DNA of 64,000 bases from the human T2T-CHM13v2.0 reference genome, Homo sapiens (GCF_009914755.1 NC_060934.1); one strand, 5' to 3'. Shown: positions 39,001-52,740, numbered from the stretch's first letter. The notes: a model not told the origin generated them from the letters alone. Numbers and translations are program-made.

Positions 39001-39648
39001 CTTAAAAAGTAATCGTAGAGCATGAATTTTTGGACAAATATTGCAAAAACATGCATGCATTTAATTAGTCTGGACCATTAATATTTATCTTTTTTTAATG
39101 TTAGTATTTTTCTACCTCTGTTCTTTCAAAGAGGAATATTCCTCATTGCTTTTATCCATATTTCTAAGAGTGCAGTGTCTAGTGCTGGTCATAAAGTAGC
39201 AGATCAATAAATATTTGTAATTTATCATCAGTGAGTCAGATTTACAAAAACAAATATTAAAAAGAAAGCCTAAATGTGCTTAACACCACATGGCCTTTGA
39301 AAAAAGCATTTTTATTCAGTTAAGTGGAGTACTGCGATGTGATGTCATCTTTTAACCTGTGGTAAAGATGATCAATTTAATAATAGCTTAGTAAATAGTG
39401 ATATCTTTGAGGTATGCAGGATTTAACACAGTAAAATTGTGAAAAAGAAAATAGTAGACATTTTGTACAAAATTACCATTTTGTTTGTTCCTGATGTAGA
39501 ATAAAAGAAAAATAACGGGCAATATTCCCAGCAGTTCTTTGTTTAATGGAGCATACGCGACATAGTCTTATTTTATTTACAACTGCTTTTTTTTTTCGGA
39601 AGTTGCTGCTAGAATATCAAGGAAACAGCAATTTAATAACAAGTCTAT
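33013..39648 (+). pseudogene. RNF213-like exon remnants, group 3 (33013-~33070, 33544-~33657, 33730-33799, 36153-~36315, 39320-39411, 39500-39648)
   Basis: QCIQLHEEVIK; KTRQLELPILKECLGADQMLPGNKPLYL*ASFLEIVS; EHHLFSQSEAIAILCNQVRL*FIR; ...HEFKFPVPRVH. Donors gag|gtatgc and tat|gtaagt. Confidence 0.6.
33090..33245 (-). mobile_element. L1MA 3' fragment
   Basis: tatatttatggggtacatgtgatgttttgatac...acctcaagcatttatcatttc. Confidence 0.85.
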
Positions 39649-40147
39649 GTAAGTCACTGTAAAGTGTAGTCATGATTTCTCAACTATTGAAACAAAGTAG
39701 AACTCCCTGGGATTGAAATAACAACATGAAGTTTCAATCCCTCGGGAAAAATTACACCAGGCAGACTGATTGAGTGGAAACTATCCAATAAACTGTTCAT
39801 GGACTTTACAATCAGTGAGCTACATAAAAGAGACTCAATTTCCTGAATTGCATGTCAAGGACTGAATTTACATGACTTATCCACTTGAAATAAACATAAC
39901 TAACCATGCTAGTATATGAATTCCTTGGGGAAAATGAGGTATCACTAAACAACTGCCTGACCTCCCAGCCAGAGTACTTTCTGTGACTGTAAATAAACAT
40001 TACTACTTAGTGGGAAAAAAATATACTACCACTTACATAACTATTGTCTTTCAAAAAAGAAATGTAATTGTTCTATTGTTAGATGTACCAATTCATATCA
40101 TAAAGATTCCTAGAAACAGAAATGACAGTATTCCAGCAATAGCAGAT

Positions 40148-40399
40148 GATATGATTTGGATGTTTGTTTTCTCCAAATCTCATGTTTAAATGAGAAAATC
40201 AGAAATTGTCAACTTGAAAAAGCACAGTAATAACTAAAATTTAAAAATCAATAAGTGACTTAAGAGATATTAAATGCAGTCCAAAGATTAATTAGTAACT
40301 TGTGAAACTTTCACATCTGTGAAAATGTAGTAAACATATTTTTTCTAATTCTTCCCACTACATATAACTAAAAACCCTAGACATAGATTCATCTGTCTG

Positions 40400-40445
<46 letters not shown>

Positions 40446-40820
40446 ATCTATCTATCTTGTACCATAGGCTAATACGTTGGGAGGTGTTTCAGTCATGGGG
40501 CAGATGCCTCATGAATGGATTGGTGCCTTCCTTGCACAGGTAATGAATGAGTCCTTTCTCTGAGTTTACATGACATCTGGTTGTTTAAAATAGTGTGGCA
40601 CATCCCCCCTTGCTCTCTCTTGTTCAGTTTCATACCATGTGATTCGCCTGCCCCTGCTTCACCTTCCGCTATGATTGTAAGCTTCCTGAGGCACTAACCA
40701 GAAGCCAAACCACTGGGCCATGTTTGCACACCTTGAACCATGAGCCAAAACAAACACCTTTTCTTTATAAATTACCCAGCCTCCAGGATTCCATTATAAC
40801 AATGCAAACATAATAACACC
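40148..40820 (+). mobile_element. MST (MaLR) LTR, interrupted
   Basis: Starts tgatatgatttggatg...ccaaatctcatgtt; body at 40476-40820. Confidence 0.8.
40392..40454. repeat. (TCTG)2(TCTA)11 TCA(TCTA)2 tetranucleotide STR
   Basis: Directly visible. Confidence 0.95.
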
Positions 40821-40939
40821 ATAGAATAAGTAAATCAGATCAACTGTCTCTCAGAGGGTAACTAGAAAATCTTCAGAAGATGTATCCAAATATCAACCTA
40901 AAAACAATAGGTACTAATAAGTCCTAACAAATTACCAGA

Positions 40940-41400
40940 TGTAGTAGATTAATTGAAAAATGGCCAAGATTCCTTATCTGTCTTTACCTTTATGCTTTAC
41001 AGTGTGACTCTGGTTTCTCCCAACAGGAGGTGGAGTCTTTTCCCTTCCCCTTAAATCTGTGCTGACCTTGAGACTTGCTTTGGCCAAAGAAATTTGGCAG
41101 AAGTGAAAGTTTGCCAGTTTTGAGCTTAGATTTTAAAAGAGATTTCACGCTTCCAATCTTTCTCTTAGAACCTTGCTAGTGTATTTGAACAAGTCCATGC
41201 TAACCTGCTGAAGGATGAGGTGACACGTGGAACACAGCTGAGTCAGCCAAGCTAGGGTTATCCTAGAGCAGTCAGCTCCTCAGTCAGCCCTGTGCCTACC
41301 TACACATACATAGGCATGTCCAGCCAAAAACATCCACACATCGCCCAGATAAAAAAAAAATTCTAAGTAATCCATTCATTTGTGAGAAATAATATATAGG
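40940..41400 (+). mobile_element. MLT1-family LTR
   Basis: gaggtggagtcttttccc...gacttgctttggccaa...gcagaagtga MaLR motifs. Confidence 0.7.
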
Positions 41401-41403
41401 TAT

Positions 41404-41851
41404 TGATATGGTTTGGCTGTGTCCTCACCCAAATCTTATCTTGAATACCCGTGTGTTGTGGGAGATACCTGTTGGGAGATAATTGAATCATGGGGGTGGT
41501 TTCTCCAATACTGTTCTCCTGGTTGTGAATAAGTCTCACAAGATCTGATGGTTTGATAAGGGGAAACCTTAGCAAAGGTAGAAAGACCTCCTACCACCAC
41601 TCAGTTCAGAAACAACAAAAAATATGGTGGGCTTGCTGGGTGCTTTGGGACTGCATCACTTACTGTCATTGTTTTGCTTGGCTCTTATTCTCTCTCTTGC
41701 TGCAGCCATGTAAGAAGTGCTTTTTGCCTTCTTCCATGATTGCAAGGCCTCCCTAGCCACATGGAACTGTGGGTCCATTGGACCCCTTTATTTTGTAAAT
41801 TACTCAGTCTTGGGTATGTTTTTATCAGCAATGTGAAAATGGACTAATACT
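41404..41851 (+). mobile_element. THE1 (C/D-like) LTR with a roughly 100-bp internal insert
   Basis: tgatatggtttggctgtgtcc ... aatggactaatac. Confidence 0.9.
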
Positions 41852-42032
41852 GGTATGGTTGTAATTACTAAGTGACTTGAAATGCCACTACATTACCTTA
41901 CACACCAGAATGTCCTAGAGGCATTTTCCTTTTTTCATATAAAGGGTAAAAATGCGGACTGATGTTAGACTTTGATAAATTGAGAAGCATTTTGAAATTT
42001 CTAGGGGAATCTCTGTGATAGTAATAGAGTAT

Positions 42033-42539
42033 CACTGGGAATAGGCCCCCAAAATCTGGCCATAAACTGGCTCCAGAACTGGCCATAAACAAAATCCCTG
42101 CAGCACTGTGACATGTTTGTGATGGCCATGACACCCACACTGAAGGTTGTGGGTTTACTGGAATGAGGGCAAGGAACACCTGGCCCACCCAGGGCAGAAA
42201 ACCGCTTAAAGGTGTTCCTAAGCCACAAACAATAGCATGAGTGATCTGTGCCTTAAGGACATGTTCCTGCTGCAGATAACTAGCCACAGCCCATCTCTTC
42301 ACTTTGGCCCATCCCTTTATTTCCTGTAAGGAATACTTTTAGTTAATCCACAATCTATAGAAATAATGCTTATCACTGGCTTGTTGTCAATAAATATGTG
42401 GGTAAATCTCTGCTCCAGGCTCTCAGCTCTGAAGGCTGTGAGACCCCTGATTTCCCACTCCACACTCTATATTTCTGTGTGTCTTTAATTCCTCTAGCGC
42501 TGCTGGGTTAGGGTCTCCATGACCAAGCTGGTCTTGGTA
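42033..42539 (+). mobile_element. MER9 solo LTR (HERV-K HML-3)
   Basis: ggcccccaaaatctggccataaactgg...; 5-bp TSD agtat at 42028 and 42540. Confidence 0.88.
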
Positions 42540-43368
42540 AGTATAAATTTTAAGCTTATAGAGCATAAAATATAGAAAAATAAAAATAATTAATCAAAAA
42601 TAAGATAAACAATGGGAGAAGAACAAACAGAGCCATCAAAAGAAAAAACTCAAAAAAGGTTGATTCATATCAAATATATTAATCAAACAATGAATGAAAT
42701 GAATCAGAGTGCAATAATAAGTAAAAGATTATTCTACTCTTAAAAAGTCTTTGCTTTTTACCAGAAGCATGTCTAAAATATAAAGATGTAGAATGTTTAA
42801 AATTTTTAAAAAGAAAAAATAGTCTTATGAAAATATCTGTCTAAAGAAAGTTGATGTGCTTATATTAATACAGCCAAATCAGACTTTAATGAAGAGGAAC
42901 ATTTTTACATAGCCTCAAAATTTGGTATGGGCAGAGATGATTTGAATATAGTTAACTAACTTGACTTTTCAAATATGTGTGTATGTGTATATCTATCTCT
43001 CTACCTAATCTATCTATTGTCTACATATTAGTACACCTTACTATTCCAGAATATATACTGTTAAGCAAACAGGAAATATACTCAACAATTGACCATAAAA
43101 TATAAAAATAACAGAGCTATAATAGACAAAATTTGTCTCAAAATTTGTCTATCGTTTTATTGTAACACATCTGGCCCTCCCCAAAGAAGTTGATAAGAAG
43201 TCAGTACTTTAAGCCCCTGTTCCAGATGTCAATTTTTTGCATATTTTGTGCGTATTTTGTGCCAAAGCCATCAACTTTTAGTAATAGAATGCTATAATAC
43301 CTGATATATAGGTTTTTCTAATGTTATTTACTTTTTTAAAAGTTACTTTCTATTTTCATTTATAAATA

Positions 43369-43706
43369 CAGGCAGCCCTTTTGTATCTGTGGGTTCCACA
43401 TATTTTGATTCAACCAACTGCAAACCAAAAACATTTGGATACAAATGGTACAGCTGTATATGTATTGAACACATAGAGAATTTTTTTCTTGTCATTATTC
43501 CCTCAATGATACAGTATAACAACTATTTACATAGCACTTATACTGTATTAGTATCATAAGTAATCTAGAGATAATTTAAAGTATATGAGAAGATATTTCT
43601 AAGTTATATGTAAGTATCATTTTATATAAGGGAATGGGAATCTGTGGATTTTGGTATCCATGGGGGGTCCTAGAACAAATTTCCTACAGATAAGGAAGAA
43701 CAATTA
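43369..43706. mobile_element. MER2 (Tigger-family MITE)
   Basis: TA-flanked; core cttgtcattattccct..atacagtataacaactatttacatagc. Confidence 0.85.
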
Positions 43707-44959
43707 TATTTGCTTATTGTGTAAAATCTGGAAAATAGAGACAAAAAATTTTGTAAGCTCATGAAAATCCTTGATGATAATCTTCACTTATCCTGACCTT
43801 GCATTTGGGATTCAGATCTGATTCCAACAGGCGTCTCTAATTTCCAGTGGTTGTACGATTTTGAGAAAAGATACTTAACTTCCCCAAACCTCGATTTCCT
43901 CTGATATTAAGTGGTTAGAGTTATTCTATCAGTTAGGACTGCAAGTTATAAATAAACCTTTTCAATGTTATAGGAACATATTTTGAGATTAATTATAAGT
44001 ATACAGACTCTGTACAGATATGAAAAAATAACAGGACCTAAAAAAGATGCAATGACTAAGATTAGAGGAAACCTGTAAATAGAGGAATAACTAGTCACCC
44101 ACCCCAACTCCTATTTTTCTTAATATGTTCAGCCTCATTCTCTTGTATCTAGCTGTCTTACATCAAAAAACAAAAAACCTTGGAAAGCAGTCTGATTGAC
44201 CCACGTTAGGGCCAATGCTCAGCCTGCACCAAATTCACTGCAAAGAAGGAAACAGGTTCACATTTTACGAAACATCTGCTTAATTGCAGCTGCTTTTGGA
44301 GTGATGAGGCTAATGAAGGGTATCCATGTTAACAGAGCATCCATATCTTTGCATGGCTGCTCTGAAAATTAAATATATTTAAATCTTCTGGAAATTGTTG
44401 ATAGTTATTATTATGATGCTTATTAAACACATTTAAATTCCATAACTAGTTCTACCTTGGCATACTTATCTCAAATCGTTTTACATATTGTAATTGTATA
44501 TATGTATATTATATGTACACATATACTTAATGTATGCATATATCACTTAGATGAGATTATGCAATAAATAACAACATAGATTTAAACTGCATTTTCTCGG
44601 TTAATATTATACTCTAAACTTCTTTATGTGTTATTGAAGGTTTTTTGTAAGTAAAATTTTTGATTGGCTGTTGTCTTATTCTTAATATGCCAGTGTCATA
44701 ATTATTTGATTTACCGAAACTAACCTTCACCTTCAGAGTGAATCAGAGACTTTGCTTGAACAGATTTTAAAGGATGGCAGTGATATTCTGAAATGATAAT
44801 GTATGTGATTTATTCTATTTTCATATTGCTATCTGATATATGCTATCTAATAATGTTTCTGATGTCAGATAAAGCCACAAAAAAGAATGAACAGATAGGC
44901 ATATAAGCATATCCTTCATCGAATGTTATGCTGACTTTCAAATTTTATAGTCCTAATTG

Positions 44960-45140
44960 TATATATGTATGTATGTTTGTATATATGTATGTATGTTTGT
45001 ATATATGTATGTATGTATGTATATATGTATGTATGTATGTATATATGCATGCATGTATTTATTTGAGGCAAGGTCTTGCTTTGTTCCCCATGCTAGAGTG
45101 CAGTGGCATGGTTTGGCTCACTGCAATCTCTGCCTCCCAA
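44960..45140 (-). repeat. (TATG)n-type tail plus short Alu fragment
   Basis: Simple repeat followed by tgaggcaaggtcttgct...ctcactgcaatctctgcctccc. Confidence 0.85.
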
Positions 45141-45523
45141 CGCTAGTTGTTAATAATATTTGGCAAGTATTCAGCCTTGTGACATTTGTGCTTTCCGATA
45201 TTTCCTGTACTGTATGACTGTTATTTTTTGAGAAATTTTAATAAAAGAAAAATAACTTAAAACAAATTTTTGAGAACTTTTTATTTATTTATTTCCTGCT
45301 TCAGAATTAGAGATTTGGTGTGAAATTGGCTCTGGTAAATATATCTCACTTCTATCGTTTGAGATTAGGAGATGTTAAACCCTTGTTGCAATGGATTTGG
45401 TTGTTTATAAAACAGAGGCAATAAAACTATAGCATATGGACATAAACTTGCCAAATAGTACCTGAGCTCTTTTATATCTGTTTATTTTGATTCACATTTC
45501 TGGTACTTAATATGCAGGATCTA

Positions 45524-45861
45524 TATAAAACATGAGTTCATGTCCTTTGCAGGGACATGGATGATGCTGGAAACCATCATTCTTAGCAAACTAACACAAG
45601 GACAGAAAACCAAACACCACATGTTCTCACTCATAAGTGGGAATTGAACAATGAGAACACATGGACACAGGGAGGGGAACATCACACACTGGGGCCTGTG
45701 GGTGGGTGGGGGGGCTAGTGGAGGGATAGCATTAGGAGAAATATCTAATGTACATGAGGGGTTGATGGGTGCCCCAAACCACCATGGCACGTGTATACCT
45801 ATGTAACAAACCTGCACTTTCTGCACATATATCCCAGAACTTCAAGTATATTAAAAAAAAA
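45524..45861 (+). mobile_element. L1PA6/7-like 3' fragment
   Basis: gagttcatgtcctttgcagggacatggatg...cagaacttcaagtata followed by an A-tail. Confidence 0.9.
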
Positions 45862-47013
45862 TGTTCTTCTGATGCTGGCCGCAAATCCAAATGTTGCTCA
45901 ACTAACTCTTTAGAATATAAGATGCTCATGCACAGATGTTCTAAGCTGAAAGTATTTAATATTCAAACAAAGAAAAATAAGGGATCTCTAAGTTTAACCT
46001 CTTCAAATTAGGAATGAAGTGTTAGTAATAAGCTAAACATACTCAACCTACATTCTTTTTCCTTTTTTATTGTATAATGAATATATCAAGAAAGTAATGT
46101 GAAACTAAGATAGGACTCTAGATTGCTTAAAAGGGGAAGTGTTATTTTTTTCTTTTATGATGAAATGAAACTTGCTCAAATTATGAGAAAGAATTATCAC
46201 ATCATCTATTTCCTTGATATTCATAAACATCATGAGAAAATGCAACCCTTATAGATTATTGTCTTCTTTTACTTTCCCCAAAGACTTCATGAATATCCAT
46301 TATGCAAGGAGGTTTTGAGTATTTGCCAAAGTATGTGTATTTTCTGTTGTTGCCTAGGTGCTAAGATTAATTTGATTGTAAGCTTCTTGATGGCGAAAGC
46401 TTTGTCTGATGTATATCTGTGTGTATTCTTACAACTTTCATGGCATTTTGCAGGTAATATTTACTCAGTGAAGAGTTGTACATTAATTTACATGATTATC
46501 TAAGATTTAGAAGGCATTGGCTTTTTCTAAAGGTTTTTAGAACAGTGAAAAGTTATCATGTCAAACATCATATTCTATTTTATAAACATAATATTTCATA
46601 TAAGAACAATGTATAATAATGAACATAATACAATAAAACAATGTTAAGCATAACTGGTCTAAAATTAAGCATGCATTATATAAGGTTAAATAAAATAGAA
46701 TAGTATGAAAACTTGCTACAGGCAACGCATGATTAATAGCAATAGATAACATAAACGGGAGGTTCTCACCATTACTGCCAAGGCATATTGGATAGGTGTA
46801 TGAGAAAAGGGTAGAACTAAAATACCCTGAAATCATGCCTAGTCTACAGACTGATTTGTGTTACAGCTGGTAGCAATGTGGTATTACTGATGGACATGCA
46901 TTTTACATAAGCATGCTATATCACGGTAGAGGGACAGTGTAACTCATAGTGGATATTGGATTATGAAAGATGAGTTAGTCTGATGTCAAAGAAGAAAATG
47001 GTACTTCTGCTAG

Positions 47014-50000
47014 ATTTTATAATCTTGCAAGACTAGACAGATAGGACAAAAGGAATTAACTTTGATATTATTGTCCAGTAAATACATAGAAGCTGGATGA
47101 TTAAAATTCCCATAGACCTCTTCAAACTTAGAGAACTCATGCAAGTAAAGTGAGGTAAATTTTAGAAAATTCTTTGAGACTAAAGTATTGAAGGCTGGGG
47201 ATTTCAAACTAAGCAGTTTAGTTGTTTTCTTCAAAACAAAGAATCGGTCAAGATGTATTTTCCTAAATTGCAAATTACAGAATGGTAGGTATAACTATAG
47301 TTAACAATAAAAATATGTACAGTAAAAATCTATAATTAATAGTTAATGATATTGAGATTTTTACATTCTTAAATTTATGACAATCTCTTCTCTGTTTATT
47401 TCTGAATAACTTTAATCAAAAACACTGAAGCTATATCTAGAAAGTTTAGGAACTGTTGAAATACATGGTATACCAGTTGATTATTTTACCTACAATTGAC
47501 ATTTCTAAAATATTTGGCCCATATCTGAGCTTTTGTATGTATTGAAATGCAAATGTGCAATGTTTTGTTTTTAAGAACAAGCAAAATCGACAGCCACTTC
47601 AAATGAAAATGAAGAGGTAGAAAGACTGCTAAAGATTTTTAAATAGGCCCAGATTGAAAATCAAGTTTTGAATTTACAAAACATTTTTTAAAATCTTCAG
47701 GTTAGTAAGCAGGAAAGAAATATAAATTTTACAAAGCAGACAAAGATCAGTAATGTAACCCAGTAGTGAAACATAGGCTATGTAACTCTAGAACCAAAAC
47801 TAATTTTCCTAGAGGAAAACATGTATAATAATTTGGAGTTGGGAAATCCCTTACTGATTAAATGACTTAAGTAATAATAATAATTCTTTACTGATTAAAT
47901 GACTTTAATAATATATTTTAGTATTTTATCTATTCTGTCATTATCCATGCTGTTCCCTTACCTGAAATTTTCTTTTACCTTCCTGTTCTATCTATCAAAC
48001 ACTGGTTTCTATTTCAGACACTTTGAAAAAGCTGCATCTGTGAAAGCATTTTTGATACAACCATAAGACTCAATATGCATTTTATTGTAATACCATTTCC
48101 CCACATTTCTATGATAGGATTTATGCCCTTCTACCTAATATTAATATTCCCAAAGTAATGATTATAGACCTTTTGTGGGTTTTAACACTCAATAAGTGTT
48201 AAGTAAATTGAATTGGATTGATCAGCATCACTCATCCAGTTAGGCAGTCTGAGAATCTGGGCTGTAGACTCCCAAACATGAAAGCATTCCATAATTCTCC
48301 TAACAAAAGTTGAACTACAGCAAAGCTTTGATGGTGTCCCCATATGTAGAACTAAATTGTATCTTTAAGTAGGTCCTAAAAAGTTCTTCAACTGCCTTGC
48401 ATCACTTTCTGCCTTAAACTAACCTGAAAGTCTAACCTGAAAAAGCTCAAGTAAATATTATTACAGCACAGAAGTCCTACAGAAAAAAAGTTGGAAAAAA
48501 TTGTTCACATATATATGGAGGTTACATGGGACACACATATATAATTGGGGCATAAATAGATGATTCTTAGCTCAAGTGAGCCCAGCCAAAGAGGTCCTAA
48601 AAAGCCCCTGAATCCCTGAAACCAAAAGGAATCTTCTTCAAGTAACTAATATCTAACAAATTTTCTGCATTTTATTTTTGGTGAAAGATCAGAAAAACAT
48701 ACGTGGACCTCATAGGAAAGCTTTTTAGTTAAATATGTAAGATATACACACACACACACATATGTGTGTGCATAGGTACATTCATATATGCATGAAATTT
48801 TCTATAAGGCAAAATTTATTAAAATATTTTCCTTTAGTATTTTTCTTTTCCCCCTTGTGTGAGACAACTTAATTTCCTAAAATTTCTAGTTTCATCTTTT
48901 TGTATGTACAGAGATACTTTTGTGTTTTCTCCTTTCTTTCCCCTTAGATACCTGTGGGAAGCAAAGAATTACTGATTAAAAATTCATTCAAAATAGTATG
49001 ATTATTATTCTTTAAAAGCTAATTTCAATAGATTATTCATTTTAAAAATATTTTAATGTTTTTGTTCTTTAAAGATGATACATGGTTGGCTTGAAAGAAC
49101 CTAACTGTGTAAGATCGCTTTGCCAGTAGTATTGATGTGACATATGTTGGCTTCTATCTATAGGTGCTTCTTTTTATAGCTCATCCTGAGAAAGCCTGTC
49201 TTCTCTTTATCAGTGCCTGTACTTGCTATATTGTCCCAGTGTGAAGTTTGGATCAGTAGTTAAGACAGTCCAATGTCCCTATGGCTTATCATCAGATTCT
49301 GCAACCTTGGTGGCTAGGAACTAGTTTATGACTGTGCCCAAAGGCTCTGGAGATTTGAAGAGGAAGGGGGAGAGTATAAAAAAGTGATGCCTCTCTGTGT
49401 TGGTTTCTATAGTAACCGTGGAATTGTTCTTGCTAAGTTATGACTTGGCTCTCAAGCTAATTCTAGAACTTGTATTTTTTTAACTTGAGATAAGTGAAGC
49501 AAGCTTCATTACATGGAACTGCATGCACCTGATCACTTCATTCTTAACAGAGAACTCTGTACATTATTTGACAAGACCTGTATTGAACTGGTGATTCATC
49601 TGTGGATGACAAAGTAAAATTCATTTGACAAACATTATTCTATGTTCCAGTGTTTTGCCTCAGAATGAATAAATGTTAAAATTGGGGTATATTATTAATA
49701 ATCACACAGAGACCTGGCATTAATTAAAAGGAAATCTCAGAGGTAGGCAAGCCTGTTTTACTACTAAATGGCATTTTTCTTAGAAAAGGATAATTCTGAA
49801 ATTCTACACATATGTGGCTCTTCTTTGAAACTATCTTAATGTCACTTTAACATAATTATAATTACATTAAGGGCAAGTATCTATTTGCTTAACTTCTGCT
49901 TCTGTACTCAGTGCAGTTGGAAAAGGTGATGTTGTGTCTACATAATGTACATAGCTTAGAATTTTGGATCTGCAACTTGGATGGTCAAAGCTGTCTGTTC

Positions 50001-50591
50001 AAGAACTATTTCACATAGGAAAGACGACAAAAATATATGGGCAAAACAGCAAGAGAAATATCTAATATTGCTTCTAGAAGGTGATGAACAGGGGCAGTGC
50101 AGGCAAAAGTGTAGAGATTTATAGTGTCCTGCTGTGCAAGATGGGAGAACTAGGACTGAGGAGTAAAGACTAAGACAGTTGATGTTATAAAATCTTTGCA
50201 AAAAACTATAATTTTGTGCTGAGAACTAGCTGGAGTTTTGCTTGACTCCTATATCATGGCAAAGCACAGGGCTGGTAGGGGTATGTGTGAGAAATAGCAT
50301 CTCCTAAGATTTTGGCTGACTTACGTTCAGTCAAGATACCTAAAGGGCTCTAAGATGGACGTGGATTCATGTGGTACTGAAAGTCAGGTTCAGGAAAAAG
50401 CAAATGGCACTACATCTATGTGAAATAAATGTTACTGCATCTTCTGAGAAATGTGACAGGCAGAGTACTTTTGTATCTAATTTATGCATTACCTTTATTT
50501 ACCACCATTGTCTTCTCAAGATAGTAGCATAATCTATGTTAATGAAATGGCTTGTTGTAATAAATAAGGCATCTCCTTTAAGTAGTGTAAA
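47014..50591 (+). pseudogene. RNF213-like exon remnants, group 4 (47014-47284, 47576-47700, 48948-48995, 49075-49108, 49180-49240, 49551-49613, 49955-50080, 50521-50591)
   Basis: Phase-compatible chain: ..LQN|EQAKSTATSNENEEVERLLKIFK*AQIENQVLNLQNIF*NLQ|IPVGSKELLIKNSFKI|MIHGWLERT*L|SHPEKACLLFISACTCYIVPV|ELCTLFDKTCIELVIHLWMT. Confidence 0.75.
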
Positions 50592-51099
50592 GTAAGACTC
50601 CAATAGATAGTGATGCCCCTTGTTTTAGGAAAAAACAAAACCCAAATCAAAGAATCATCTATCATGCCAAGAATAGCTGAATTAGTCATAATAGTACAGG
50701 ATTATGCTAAGACAGCAAACTGCCCCAAAATCTCAGTGGCTTATTCTCTCTGCAAAATTTTCTTGTGCATATAAGGTCCCTCCTAGGTCTCCTGACTCTT
50801 CACAGTAATTATCCTGTGGTGACTTAGAAATCTGTTTATTATTATTATTATCTTGTTGTTTCTCGAACTCTCCAATGAACCTGAACTCACTGGCAGAGAG
50901 TGGAATGGAATACTTATATCTCCTGTAATGCTTTTGTCCAGAAGTGGTACTGCTTATAACCCGCTCAACAGGACTAATCATATTGCTCTCTTATTTCAAG
51001 GAGGCAGAGAAATAAAAGGTAGCACATGGAATATTTAGTGAGCATCAATATATTTGAAAAAATACCTAAGAAAATTTTAAGGAATTATGTAAGGTTACT

Positions 51100-52740
51100 T
51101 GTTTTACCAGGTATTGAGACTTACCCAGCTATAACACTATTACAAATCAACAACAATGGGATATAACTGAGAACCTGAAAATAGACCCAATGATATAAAG
51201 AAAATTAATATGGGAAAGAAAAGGTATTAAAGTCCAATATGGCAATAGTGTCTCTGCAGTGCAATGGAGAATGGTGTTGGATAAATGGAACATTTTTACC
51301 AGAAAAGAAAATAACTATGGTGCCTGCCTCACACAACACAACAAAGTCAATTTCAGGTACATTCAGGATCTGCATGTATGGGTAATACAATACGTCTTAA
51401 AAAAAATAGGAGACTCTCCTCAAGAAATTGGAATAGGCCAAGGTTTCCCAAAAAGAACATGAACATTTTCAAATGTTTCAAAACTTTAACCATATTAAAG
51501 TTAACAATTTCTGCTGTTTTAAGAGATGTAATTCAGAGAGTGAAATAGTAAACAACACTGTAAGAAAATCTGTTGGAATAAATATACCTGCAAAAGACTC
51601 ATGTCCCTTACATATTTCTACAAAAGAGAAAAGAGAGAAAATCCGAAAAGGAAACAGAAAAGACTTTAATAGGTACTTCATGAAAGAAGATAACCCAATG
51701 CCCAGTAAACATATTTAAAAGTGCTCAACTTAATTAATTATTAAAGATGTGTAAATTAAAATCACAATATGACACCACTACACACCCAGCAGAATGGCTA
51801 AAATGAAAAAGACATACCACTTGGTCTGGATGCAGATGCAGATCAATGGGAACACTCATGCCATGTTGGTGAAAGTATAGATTGATAAAGTTCATTTTAG
51901 AGAATACTTTGCTAATATCATCTAAAACTGAACACATTCAGAACTGCTCAGCTAGAATTCTACTCCATAATATAAACCTTATAGATATATATGTATTCAT
52001 ATGTTCATGAAAATACATGTACAATTATGTTCATAGCAGCACTACTAAAAAAAGTCCCAAGTTAGAAATAAACCAAATTGTACCATATGTATCACAGATT
52101 GGTATCAGCAAATTTTTCCTATAGGAAACCAGATAGTACATAATTTAGGCATTGCAGGCCATAAGGTCTCTGTCACAACTGCTCATCTCTGCCATTGTGG
52201 TGTGAAAGCAGCGATAGAAAGTATGTAAATAAATCAGCATAGCTGTGTTTCAATAAAACTTTATTGACAAAAACAGGTGGTTGAAGTATGAGATTTGACC
52301 TATAAGTCATAGTTTCCCTATTGGTGGCATACAGGTAGAATAAAACTACATGCACAAACATGGATGAATAATATATTTTTGAGTGAAAGAAACCAGACAT
52401 GTAAGTGTGTATGTTGTAGAATTCCACTTAATAACAGGCAAACTGTGGTGATACAAGTCGGAAGAATAGTTACCCGTGTTTGGTGTATGTATGTTTGGGG
52501 GTTTGGGGGTAGCTGGGGCCCTGTAGTAACTGAAGGAAGGTTTAAACTCAGAAGATGGGAGGGGTGTCTGGGCAGCTAATACTCTCTTTGAACTTACTTT
52601 GGGTTAGATGTACATGCTTACTTTGTGAAAATTCATCAAGCTATTAAGTATGTGTGTAATACTATTATTATTAAGTGCATACATAAGCTATTAAGTATGT
52701 ATGATTAATACATACATAATAAATAGCTTGATGTAGCTGT
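51100..52740 (+). mobile_element. Old L1M (MC/MD-like) containing a MER58 element at about 52097-52320
   Basis: Diverged ORF2/3' sequence; MER58 core ggtctctgtcacaactgctcatctctgccattgt...tttcaataaaactttatt. Confidence 0.75.

Noticed and set aside
48948-48995. IPVGSKELLIK matched to RNF213 ILVGQLELIIK
   Set aside because: Out of collinear order; the flanking exons place it at the IQFP motif instead, so this match is probably chance or repeat similarity.
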